A stretch of 56,021 nucleotides of DNA, filler included, from Bipalium vagum (taxonomy: Eukaryota), in assembly GCA_037834085.1 (NCBI GenBank). It is 3 parts of 3 records of this genome, joined end to end, with 100 filler letters (N's around TTAATTAATTAA, not from the genome) between each part and the next. Parts side by side here need not be neighbours in the genome. Positions count along the whole stretch, not along the records: positions 18,748 to 40,079 come from JBBMKC010238770.1; 2 more parts are not named here. One strand, given 5' to 3'. Shown in pieces: positions 25,400 through 38,085 of the stretch (positions within the stretch are counted from its first letter, which is position 1; each line of letters starts with the position of its first letter). Under the pieces are notes generated by a model. It ran no database searches. It saw nothing but the letters and a program-made list of their open reading frames with translations, and was not told where the DNA came from. Position numbers and translations under genes: made by a program.

Positions 25400-26555
25400 T
25401 TAAAGTAAAAATATTTTGTTTTATTAAGTGTTATATATTGTTTTAAAGTCCGATTTTCAAATGACGTAATATTATTTTAAAATTTAGAGATTAAAATTTT
25501 TTATCGATTTACCTAGCAATAACAATTCGTGAACTATTGCGCCATTCTTGAAAAAATGGAAGGCTGAAGAGCTGCAGTCGACAAATTTGTGAAGTTGAAG
25601 GTATATGTATAGTTCATCGAAATAAAACGACAATTTTGTTTTAGTTCTTCAATGAAAACAACACCAGTCTAGTTGACAAACCGATACCGGGTTGTTCATC
25701 AGATCTCGATGAAGGGACATTATGCGTCGCCTTAGAGAAAAGAACACAGTCAAGTTTTAGAGAATTGTCACGAACACTTTTCATTCCTATGTCAACTGCC
25801 GATGAACATTTAATTCACCTGAATTATAAATATAAATAACTAAGACAAGATCAACATCAATTGACAGTCGCGCAAGGAAAAAAACTGAAATTTGCAATCA
25901 GTTCCTTCAAAAACCAGTTGGTAATAAATTTTGAAAAAGAATTGTTAAGTTCGATGAAAATGGATATTTCTGCGTAATCCTTATTACCGACGACGATGGG
26001 TTTCACAAGGGACACAGATTTTACCAGAGGTACGGCAGGATTGTTTCGGATAGGTAATGTTGCGTGTTTGGTGTAATTTCGAAGGTATCATACAATTCGA
26101 ACGGTAGTCTTTATGCCCAGCAAATTGATAGAGTATCCATCAATCGTTATTTAATTTTAACGACCGGAAGCCGTTAACTTTATCAACATGATAGTGCTCT
26201 TGCAAATCACTCTTGGGTAGCTCAACAATAAGTGAAGGCATCAAGGGAAATAAAAGTATTAACGCATCCTGAGTACATTCCGGATATCGCATTATCAGAT
26301 TATGACTTATTCCGTTCCATGGCTATTTTCTTACGTGGTCGGCAGTTCAATAAATTTAGTTAGCATTGGCATGTCAGGAGTTTTTTATCTCTAAGCCGAA
26401 GGCATGGTATTTGCAAAAAATTGAATTACTTGCAGAAAGATGGACGGCTGTCAAAGAAAATCATGGTTCGTATTTCGAAGAATGATATCGTTTGGTTTTT
26501 GTAAAATTCTTTGTAAATTAAATGTTAAGCACAAATATTTTCCGGACAACTTAGT
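25400..26555 (+). mobile_element. Mariner relic
   Basis: IVKFDE, VMLRVWCNFEGIIQF, QHDSA and HPEYIPDIALSDYDLFRSM; right TIR-like ...TTTTCCGGACAACTTAG. Confidence 0.85.
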
Positions 26556-26639
26556 GTTACTGCGCACATGTAATGTAAAAAATTATGAAAGAGGTCAAAA
26601 AAATAATACCTGTATATTTTGCATGATAATGTTTCAGTT

Positions 26640-27141
26640 AATACACCTCACAGAGTGTATTGACAGAAGTCATTACTGAAAGACATCCAGTCCTGCAAAA
26701 TCGAAAATATATTTTCCTCTATCATGGCAATGTCAGACCACATGCTGCAATGACAGCTAGAGAAAGAATTAAAAACTTGAATGAGAGATTTTTACTCATC
26801 ATGAATACTCAACTGGCCGTGCTTTGCCTGACTTTCACTTCTTCATATCATTACGGCAATTTCTAAAAGGAAATTTAAATCAGAAACCAATCAAAACGAA
26901 GAAAAATACTCTTATGATATGTTTAAATAATTTACAAAAAATTTAAGAAATCGAAATAAATAAAAACTTTAATTAAATAATTTAACTCTAGAAACCCAGT
27001 TTTTTTTAAAAAACTGGGAAACAGTAGAGAAAGGTCATAGAAGTTTGTGTTAAGTACTTAGTGATTTAGTGTTGGGGTTTTTCAAATAAATGCACTTACA
27101 TCTTTTAATAAAAACGAAATTATTTATGGGCACCCGCAATA
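26640..27141 (+). mobile_element. Mariner 3' fragment
   Basis: FLYHGNVRPHAA (HDNARPH variant); TIR-like end CGAAATTATTTATGGGCACCCGCAA-TA. Confidence 0.65.
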
Positions 27142-28332
27142 TATTCAAAATATTTGATTTTGTTAGTCTAATTTTCTTAATATAAACAAAAGACGCTTTT
27201 CTTAACATTTACTATATCTCTTATTTTAATAAATCAATAAGTATTGTAAAATATTATTAATTTTTATAGAATTGAAAATATATTAATAAAATTTATGAAA
27301 TAAAAATAAATTGATTTTCATAAGTCCGTTTTCAGTCCCAATATTTTTTTCTTAATATTTTTGAATTGCAAAATTATTATTTAATTTTTTAAAAAAAAAT
27401 TTATGATGTTAAAACCCAAGTTAATAAATTTTCCCAAAAATTTTAATAATAAATAAAAACTGCTAAATTACCTGATAAAAGTCAAATATATAAAAAAATT
27501 AAAATTTAAATTAACAATATCATCCATATGAAATAATAAGCAAATAAAAAACTCCTCGTAGATTCAGAAAAATAATTAGTCTGCAGTCTTAATTTTAATT
27601 AATTATTGATTATATTGAATATTTTAATATCAATAAAATAAAGGAATATCAAAATATTTTTAATAAAATTCGAATAAATTAATTTTAAAAATATTTACAA
27701 TTATCTTTAAAATAAATTATTACAATAAATCAATATTTAAATTAAAAAATCATTAATAAATTTCGAAAATTTTTTTATAGTTTAAATTAAGGGGTTATTT
27801 GTGACTAGAAATTAATTTCAGAACAGTGATTTCGAATTTGCCATTTTTCTTTAGAAACTTTAATTATGATTTATTTGTATTTAAACAAATAATTAAAAAT
27901 AATTAGATGTCTAAAAATATTTTAAAATATGACACATTTCGTTTCTTTCTGTGACATTTGAAAGGATAACTCTCTGAATTCTTTTGATTTTTATCTTTTG
28001 ATTTTTTATAAAATTGCTTAAAGCTTCATTAAAACTCAGCTGGATATACTTAAACGATATCAATATGGAAATAAGCTGTGAAAAAGTTGGCTGACAATCT
28101 GGGATTTTTTCTTCTTCTTCATATCTTTATTTTTTATTTTACTCAATTCTCACATTAGTTCGCGTAAAAAAAATTTCTCTAATTGATTGATAATTCATTC
28201 ATTATTATTAGTTAAACAAATAAATAAAATTAGGTTTTTTATTTTATAAAAATATTTAATTATTTCTGTATGAATAATATCACCATCGTAAAGATTCTGA
28301 GTTATATTCTTGTGTTGTCATTTTAAATAATA

Positions 28333-28611
28333 ATATAAGATCAAGGCAATAATAATATATTTTATTAAATCCGATTACTTAAACAACCTTTTCAAACATG
28401 GACCTCGCGACCTCATCCTTTTTTTTTAAACTAAATTATTTACTTCATAAAAATTTATAAACATTTATTTAATTATTTATTTTTATTAAAAAAACCGTAA
28501 CTGAATAATTTTTAAAAACTTTAAATGATAAACATTTAATAATTGTTAATTTAGGCGTGAAGTCCTGATTTTAAAAAATCAAGCAATTAATTTTCGAACC
28601 CCTCCTTATAC
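28333..28611 (-). repeat. Solo LTR related to the gypsy LTR at 40180-40337
   Basis: Shares 'taatttttaaaaactttaaat...taataattgttaat(t/c)taggcgtga(a/g)gtcct...ctccttata' with 40230-40335. Ends are TATAAG...CTTATA. Confidence 0.65.
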
Positions 28612-31029
28612 TATGGTTATAGAATTTTTCGTTTAGATATAAATATTCCAAAGTATACTGGTTTATTTGAATACAAAAAAACTAGTTAATTTAAACAAAA
28701 TAATCATTAAAATTTTATTTTGTTATTTAGCTACAATATTTTCTTTTTAGTAAAATAAGTATAAATTCCAATTTTAATTTTAAAAATACTTTTTTTATAA
28801 AATAATAATAATATTATTATTATTTATTTAATTATTTTATAAAATTTAAATTAATACTGGTTTTAATCATGAAGGTGAACTAAAACCAAAATGAATTATT
28901 ATTAAACTCACTGATATACGCTTGATTATGAAAACCATACTATAACTTACTTGGTGGAATTGTCCAATTTGGAAATATAATAAATAAAATAATTAAAGAT
29001 TGATATCATAATGAGTTATTTCAAAATCTTTGACAGATAATATTAAAAAATTGGATAACTTAATTAATATATATATGCATGAAAGCTGAGCTAACATCAG
29101 ATTTCCGTTCTTCAACTCATTTCAATATATTATTAATTAAAATAATTTATATTTAGTATTCTGCAGATTGAAGTTTAATTATTTTTAATTTTTTATTAAT
29201 GTTACCATTAATATTGATATCACAGAATATCTACTAATAATATTATTAATAAATAATGAAGAGATTTTTAATCAGACACAAAACTGAAGTAAGACAATAT
29301 TTACCTTTACGTATAATTTTAAGCGAATAATTATTTTGTGGGTGCAAAATTTTTCAACGCATTTAAAATTACGGCTTTAGATTGTTCGTTCAAACAGTAA
29401 TTAGCTACAGTATGTGGACAATGAAGTAAGTAATTCATGTAACGTAAGTTATTGTATTCACAACTTATACAATAATTCTTGCAATTTTATAATCTGTTGC
29501 GTACAAATCGAAAACAAATATTAAGTTATGTTTCAAGTTAAAAATATTTAATTTGGCTGCTGTGTAAAAGATATACTGTTTAAGTCTAATATTGTCGATT
29601 TTTGTGGAAATAAAGACACTAATTAAGTACACTACAACTGATTTTACTAAGTATATATTTACAAATCTGTGAAAAAAGCTGCCATCACCTCATAGGGCTC
29701 ACAAAAGAAAAATCTTTAAATAATCACATCATAGAACCCATTGAAATTGAAAATTATGAACATTTAACAAATGAGATTTGTCTATTAGATAAAATTAGTC
29801 AAGATGAAGTGTTTGATTTGTACTTGACCATTGAGGATCGACTTTTAGATATTATAGTTACTTTAAGAGAAATTCAATCAGAAGTGGTGCTTCAAAAACA
29901 ACGAGTCAATGTTGAAAAATGTGAAGAAAATTTATCTTTCCATATGGAATTAACGTACTTTGACAAGCTAAAGTCAGATTTGATAGGCCTTCCTAAAGTT
30001 TCAGAAGAAGGTATTGAATTCTTGAAAATAATTGAAAACATGATAAATTCCAAATAATGCTGAAATAGAAAAAAAACTTTTGGCTTAATAAATAAATCTT
30101 ATATTTTTCTATTGACTTTGATTTTCACTTTAAAAATTATTTTCCAACAAAAGGCCGTTTTATAAATTATATGTGTAGATAGTACACAACAATTATGGGT
30201 ATGGGACCTCTAATTATCGCCATTATTTGCGTAGTCTCATTTATGGCAAAAATCAGAGATCAAAAAATTTAGAGAATCTCCTTTTTATCTCCTACAATAA
30301 CGTGCTAAAATGTACTCATTTTTCTTTCATTCGACAATATTGAGGAATTGCACGAATATCTTCCATATAAAAACAACTACTATACTTAATCTTTTCGAGT
30401 CCTGAGGATGCCGAGAGCATTTTAATAAAAGCATAACTCGTATTGAACAAAAGTTTGGTAAAAACGAATCTTATTTTTTTAAAACTGTTACAGTGTCAAA
30501 TTATTTGTATTCTTTTATTTAAACTATTAAAGAAAATAATAAATCTTATAGACATACTATAACAAAGTTAAAAGTATTATTTTTTGTCTCAAAGCTTTGA
30601 TACAGTAAAAAGAAAACCATTAATCTATGAAATAGGCGTTAGAATAAAAATATAAAATAATATTTCTATCAAAGATTTCTTCAAAAATGGATTTTAATAA
30701 ACAACGAATGTGGAAAATTAGCGCCATTGAAATTGTTATTCCTAAAATAAAATAATTATTTAAATTGATTGGGAAACAAAAATATGGTAAATCAATAAAT
30801 AAAAATTGATTTTATTTTTATAAAATAATTATTTTAATTATAGGATTTTTCGATCTTTTAAAAATGTTTCAACAAATTAAATAATTTTACTTAAAAACAT
30901 TAAACTGCTAAAATAATTTTTATTCAATAATCACTTCCCTGTTCACTTTTAATAAGATAGGAAATCATTATCCTATAAAAAGTTGCACATTGTGCTTCAG
31001 TAATTTGATCAAACTTACTTGAAATTAAG

Positions 31030-31640
31030 CTCCTTTACTCATGATTTTATTTCAGTTAAAACGGCTTTTTTCATCTTCTGCTCTCTCCTCTACCAAGTCT
31101 AGCAACAACACAAAATCCAACTCCATCTAAAAAAAGATTATTATCTTCAATTTTGACTTCCATCCTCTAAACATTTTGAAGCATATATTTTTCCTAATTT
31201 TATTGTATTTCCGCAGTATCTTATGTCTTTAAAAAACTTTTTAAAAAAGCGGTCCTTTAAAAATTATCATGAAATAGTCGATGAGAGAACTATCTCAACT
31301 GTATTCAATGATACAACGACGCCAAACCTTTCTTCAATCCAGCCTGAAAGATTGTTTTTAACGTTTCCAAGCTTAATTTGGAACATTTGTCACCACCGCG
31401 TTTATTGGTTTGTAGCTTACATGTCTTTAAAAAACCTTTTTACATTGGTCAATTTACAAATATAATTGTCTTTATGGAAAAGTCTTCCACTGTTTTATCT
31501 CCGATCCTCCTCCTGTCATAATTTGATACAATTGTTCTTTTATGACTTGATATTCTATTTCCCTCACTTTTGATGTTTGAATATTATCAATACGTAAGTT
31601 GGACATATCTCAGTTATAAAATACAAGCATTAAAGAAGAT
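31030..31640 (-). mobile_element. IS630/Tc1-like transposase N-terminal relic
   Basis: NKRGGDKCSKL and LFLDGVGFCVVARLGRG, resembling 'FLDEVGF...R...GRS'. Confidence 0.6.
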
Positions 31641-33314
31641 TATAGATTTTCGATCAATTCACAATCATTTATAATTATTTATCTGATTGACAAGATTATT
31701 TAATTGGTTGACAAAATTGTTTAATAGATCGAAAACCCTATATTCTTTAATTGATTTCAGTAATACCTAAACATATTATAAACTATTTCTATTGTTAGTT
31801 CAAATTGACTTATAAAATTTATTTATTTAAAATAATTTTTACAACTATAATTTAATTTGAAAAAAAATTGAACAAAAAAATCTTTTTTTATTTAAAAAAA
31901 TCCAATCAAAATAAAATTTATTATTTTCTCACAAATATATCCGTTTGTACTTAAAAATCGGCATTCCCTGCTTTTTTTTATTTTTTAATTTAATTTTCTT
32001 TTTTTTACATAAAAATAGTTTAATGGAGAAAATACACCTGTGGAGGTCTTATTTGGTGCTAGAATTTTTTTCATTAAATAATTTCGTTCAACCATAATAT
32101 ACGGGCTTTTCTAATTGAAATATTTTTTCCAGTCATGTTCATTAACTTTTTCCATTGAAATTTGGACAAATGTAACATTCCGGAATTAAAATCGCGTTGA
32201 ACTATTTGTGGACTGAATATGTTTTATGATTGTAGTAAAACAGATGAATAATGAAAATAAATAAAGTGAGATAAATAAAATAAAATAAAAATAACAGATA
32301 ATAATAAATATAATAACAAGATTAATCGATATTTAATTAAAAAAATAAATAAATTAGTGAAAAATTAGATAAATTATAACTTGGACAGTAAGGACAATTA
32401 TTTTAAAAATTGTTTAACGTAACTGTGAGTATATAAACTGGTTTCTAATTTTTGAATTTGTATATTGCGCCTAATTTAATTTTAATATTTATTTAATTTA
32501 ATTTTGTATATTTATTTTAAATAATTTTTATTGAAATGAATAAGGGAACAACATATTAATTTATTACAAATTGAAAATTTGTTTAAGTATTATTATTTTA
32601 AAAAGACATTAAAAAATATATCTTTAAAACTATGACTGATTTTGTTGATATCGCAGCTAACAGTTTGCAAAGGAGTTCTTGGTATAAAAAAAATGTTTTT
32701 TTTATAATTTGAAAATAAAATATTGTAAAAAATTGTTAATTATTTCGATTTATATTAGTAATATTAATTAAGATAATTAATCAATATATAATTAATATTC
32801 ACTGCAATTTCCTAATGGACTTTGAGACACGTTTATTTTGAGAATATTTCTCCATCAAAATTATTTCATTTGAATATAAAATTACCTTTTCCCGGAACTG
32901 GAATTATAAGAAAATTAAGATTGATTTTTTGATAACATTCATAAATGTGCATAACTTTATTATTCTATACTTTTTCTGACACTTTGTCCTTCAAAAAATA
33001 TATGAAAAATATGTGAAATATTTCTCTTGATTGTAGTAAATAGATTTCAGCTGTCAATATAATATTATAATATTATTCCGTTTTTTGCCAAGCACAAAAA
33101 AATCAATATAAAAGGAGGTAAAAAATTTTATTAGAGATTTCCAAAATAATATTTTCCCCTTTCCGTATTCTTTTAGTGGTCATCGGAATAAAAGTTCATT
33201 ATCTCTTCAATTTTAAAAATATAATTAATGTGATTTAATGTTTCAAGAAAATGTCTCTCAATCATTTATTAGGATCATGATCATAATAAAAATGATAATG
33301 ATAATATTAATAAT

Positions 33315-33577
33315 AATAATTTTGATAATTTTGATAATTTTGATAATTTTGATAATTTTGATAATTTTGATAATTTTGATAATTTTGATAATTTTGATAA
33401 TNNNNNNNNNNNNNNNNNNNNNNNNNNNNNNNNNNNNNNNNNNNNNNNNNNNNNNNNNNNNNNNNNNNNNNNNNNNNNNNNNNNNNNNNNNNNNNNNNNN
33501 NATAATTTTGATAATTTTGATAATTTTGATAATTTTGATAATTTTGATAATTTTGATAATTTTGATAATTTTGATAA
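33315..33577. repeat. 9-bp minisatellite (ATAATTTTG)n spanning a plain 100-N gap (33402-33501)
   Basis: About 9 perfect units left of the gap and about 8 right of it. True length unknown. Confidence 0.95.
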
Positions 33578-35499
33578 TGGTGATAACAAAATTCAAAACC
33601 CTTGTACTGGAAAGCAATGCTTTTGTCAAATAAAAAAAATTAAATAAAAAAGTCTCAAGGTAGTATTTTGCTATTAATTAATTATAAAAATTTTAATTAA
33701 AATTATAAAATTAAATTAAAAAAATATGAAAACATGAAAAATCAAAAAAATTAAAATATACCCTTGTTATGATAATTTATGATTTTTATTATTTATTTAT
33801 TTTTATTATTTTTTAATTTTTACTATTATTTTTATTATTTTTTTTATTAATATATAATTATTATTCATCTATTAAAATCCTTTTATTAATTATTAGTTAA
33901 AGAATCATTACTGTGTTTGTCAAAGGTAATGGAATAATATTTTGTTGTCATGTTTACTCGTTGTTTATAAAATCAACATTGTTTAGTAGTCAAGATAGAT
34001 CATATCAATTTATATATGATTCTGATTTATCCAAATTTCAAGAGAGATTAAAATGTAATGATACCAATCCTATTGAAACATGATATTTTATTTATTTTTA
34101 TATCATTAATTGAAGTGGATTAGATTGCAATATTTTGACATCGTTCTACAACCTTTATTATATACAAACCTAATAAAAATCATGTACACAAGTAAAATAC
34201 AAAAATGAATATTTTTGAAAATGTACGTTTTTATTAATATATAATAAATAATATATTATATTTATATATAAAACTAAGAAATCATTAAAATATAAAATAG
34301 ATATTTAATATGCAGTAAAACAAATAAATTTTATTAATCAAATATTTTTATGCAGCTGTCAATACACTTTTCCAAACGAATTAATAATTTAATGCTTTCA
34401 TTTTCTTTAAAAATAGAAAATCATTACAAAAGTGAACCATCTCATTTCGCCATTGTCATTATTGGTAAGTCCTTAGCAGACTTTAAAATAACTTTTCTTT
34501 ATGGGAAATGTACAAACTCATCACCTGTATTTCTGATATATTCAAACAAAATTGATAATTCTTGGCTTTTCTATAATAATATTAACTATGTAAGTTAAAT
34601 ATTAAAAATTTAAACAAAAATTTTATTTTATTAAAAGTTTTATAATTTATTATTATATTCTTGACAAACAAAGGACATCATTAAATGGAATTAAGGTTAA
34701 ATATCAATAAGAATAAATTGGTAAAACAAGAACTCTAAATAGAAAACAAAATGAAACATTATAGGATTGATTAAATGTCTTTAGCTCCAAATAATAACTC
34801 TGGGTTTCAGCCAGAGTCCCCTACACCTGATCGACAATGCAGCCCTCTGGCTTTCAAAAGTTCATTCAATTTATTGTTTTAAACAAAATGTACTAGAAAT
34901 TATTGAAGACAATTTGCAATAATGCAAAGATTACAAGTGTCAATTTATAATATGAAATTGGATGCCAAAAAATCTGAAATGCAATTGAAATTTCGATGGT
35001 GAACTTTCATAGTTTTATCCCATTACATTTGGTTTGATTCGATTTACATTATGACTTCATATTTAATTCAATAAAAATAAAATTCATATAAATTCCGGTC
35101 AGATTGATTTTATTAAATTATTTGCATACTTTTCTTTAAAATCTCAAAAATAATTTTACTAAATATATATATATATATATATATTTTGAATTCCTCTTTC
35201 AGGGTGACTTAAGATTGTTCCACTAATTCAATAACACCAACCCGAGCACAAAAATAAATAACAATTCGCTTGACAATTTTCATTTTAAAGCATTTTGATT
35301 AGTGGAAATTGTATTTAAAATGACTTGATGAAGTATTAATTAAATATAAAAGATTTTCATCAGAATAAGCGTCCCTTGGATTATATATATGATATTTTAA
35401 TATTCATTTATTTTATTATTTTTCATATTTTAATTTAGTTTAAAGTTTGTAAATAAATATAATTAATTAAAAAAATTAATTAATATTAATTACTTTAAA

Positions 35500-35966
35500 A
35501 ATATTATGTAATTAATTCTGAGTTATATAATAATGATAAGCAGGAATTAAATTTGTTATTTCTTGAATTATGATTGGTTGTAAAATTATTGATGGAAGAA
35601 AATATTGATCTATTAAATACAAATAATAAAGACTGGGAAGAATATGTAATAAATCCAATTGTAAATGACAGTGAAAATGATGAAGATATTGCCAATTTAA
35701 CTATTATTCCATCTATCTCGGAAGCTATACAAATATTAGAAATAGGATAAATGGATAAATGTTTTGCAGAAGAAATTAGAAATAACGAATTATTTATAAA
35801 TTAATTCTTGTTAGTCTTCAAAGTTTTTTTTATAATTAACCGTTTACAATGAACCTTTTTGTAATATAAATCTTTGTAGAATGAGCATCATTCACAACTG
35901 AACAATTGTTACTTTGAAAGTGTTTATTGACCACCATGAAGTGTTCAATGTAACAGGTTCCACTGT
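35500..35966 (+). mobile_element. Tigger/pogo 3' end
   Basis: Acidic tail DWEEYVINPIVNDSENDED...PSISEAIQILE; terminal ...CAGGTTCCACTG-TA. Confidence 0.6.
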
Positions 35967-37876
35967 AATTATATTATATTATAATTATTAAAAATAAAAA
36001 TATATACTTTCTCAAAACCCGAAAAAGTGAAATTGTTATTTTAATTAAGATCGAAAAGTTAATTTTCAAATATCGTGGATAAATAAGTATGAATCCGCTC
36101 TGATGTTTATATCCAATAATTATTAAATATCGACATTAAGTAATTTTGTTGTAGTAAAATAAATGTTAACTATTTTATATATTCGATTACAATTTCCTTA
36201 AGTATTTTCATTGTATATTTCATTATTAATCAACACTTTTTACAGCATCAGCATCGAATTAAATGTCGAGAAGCGATCCGTGATCATCGATACACTGTAT
36301 TAGTGATAAAACGTATGGTGGATTCAGACTTTTTTTCCTGGATTCATACTCTATAATGGAGTAGCAGAACAAATGTATAAGGAACGTGACAGTGAGTTAA
36401 AATTTTAATCTTGAAATTGTAGTGAAGTTGAAGATAGAAACGAACAATTTGGAAAGAAGAATATGCTGTATCAAAAGTGATTGACACTTCAATGATTATT
36501 TGTTTCGTTAATGTTTCCTTCATTGGTGATGAAATAAATTTTTCGAAAGTTTGTTAATATTTATTTCTTTTCAGTTTTGACCAAAACGAAAGTATCTGAG
36601 TCTGAGGTAAATAATAGATAGTTTGAAAACCAGGGATAAAAATGAAAATTGGTTAATATTATTTTAAATTTGCACATTTTTGTGGCTTGGAGGTAGTATT
36701 ATTTTTACATTTTCCATTTATTTTTTAAATATATAAACTAATTCTTTAACTCTTTCTCGATGTGCTATTTGCGAAGCAAGATATATTATCTACTATAATA
36801 CCGCTATTCGTATGGAAAGAGGCAAATACGTGATCAGATAAGTTTTTAATTAAAACATCATTGAATGAAGGTAAAATGAATTAAGAAAATAGTACACGAG
36901 TTAAGAAAAAGAAAGACTATTTAATTTGAAGAAATAATATAAATATTCCCACAACCTCAAAGACTGTGCAGTTCGGTAAATTGTTCAAACAGAAGTAAAA
37001 TATTTTAATTTTTATCATTTACAATTTTATTAAATTTCCGCTGAAAAGTATTGAAGGAGAAATGATTTTCATTATTGTTCAACATGCTATTAATTTTCTC
37101 CCTTTCATTCATCATTACAATACCGCTCAACAAGCGACAGAGAAATTGGATTTCCTGTAAGGAAGAAATGAATTCGTAGTATTTCCTATCAAACAGTAAA
37201 ATTTCTTTCAGATATTTTTCCACGAAATAAGGACATATATTTTTATTCTAAAATAATTATTTGTATAATTGGAACTATTTGTGTCAGATATTATACATGG
37301 TTATTTATTTATTTATGTATTAGGGGGTATTTATTCAATTACGTAAAAAGCCAAATAAGAAATAAATATTTCCCATCAAATCAAATGTGATTAGAAACAG
37401 ATTTTTATTTATTTATATTTTTTAAATAAATTTGGGAAAGTCAGAAGAAAATATATTATCAAATATTGAAATGGAGACGAAAACGTACATTGCTGTTGTC
37501 GTAAATTGTGAATATAAAATGACCATTTTTCCTATATAATTGTCATATTATATTATAAAATATTGTTACAGGAATTAATATGGCAGCCACCTGTTTGCAG
37601 TACTTTTTCTGTAAAAAATGCTTACCTAATAGTATTGCAGTTTATAATAAAGTTTTAGACAATAATAAAACTTCAGTCCAGCGGTATATTCTCCTTTGAC
37701 CAAAGAATATATCCCGTATATTTCTGATTATATTTGAAGAATAGACCTATTATTATTCGGAATTTATTTCAATATAATACTCAGATTAATTTACTTATTT
37801 ATTAAAGAAAAGTTAAATATATTCTTAGCGGAACCGTTTAATAATGCAATTTTTTTAACAGGTCTAGTATATTATA

Positions 37877-38020
37877 TCAGGTTGAGTTATTCATGTTTTT
37901 AAGCAACTACTTTATTTTAATTTTTTTTAATAAAGACCACATTAATCCTCGAAATAAAGTCCATCAGTTTCTATAGGCCACCTTTTGGTCAATTGCTCAA
38001 TTCCATGGCGATACATATAT
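37877..38020 (-). mobile_element. Mariner 3' terminal fragment
   Basis: YRHGIEQLTKRWPIETDGLYFED* followed by a TIR-like end (TA-TCAGGTTGAG on +). Confidence 0.7.
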
Positions 38021-38085
38021 TAGTTTTTTTTTCAAATACAAACTTTTTAAAAAGCATTTTTTAACACAACATTTTATTGATAATA

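Noticed and set aside
33315-33577. Telomeric repeat or CRISPR array
   Set aside because: The array is internal with unique flanks, has no G-run and no spacers, and sits in a eukaryotic context without cas genes.
33238-33633. ORF-track proteins (ILI)n, (IIK)n and (SKL)n
   Set aside because: They are by-products of a stop-poor 9-mer repeat read through an N gap.
36290-36390. LTR integrase remnant (NGVAEQM)
   Set aside because: A single short motif, too little to support a feature.
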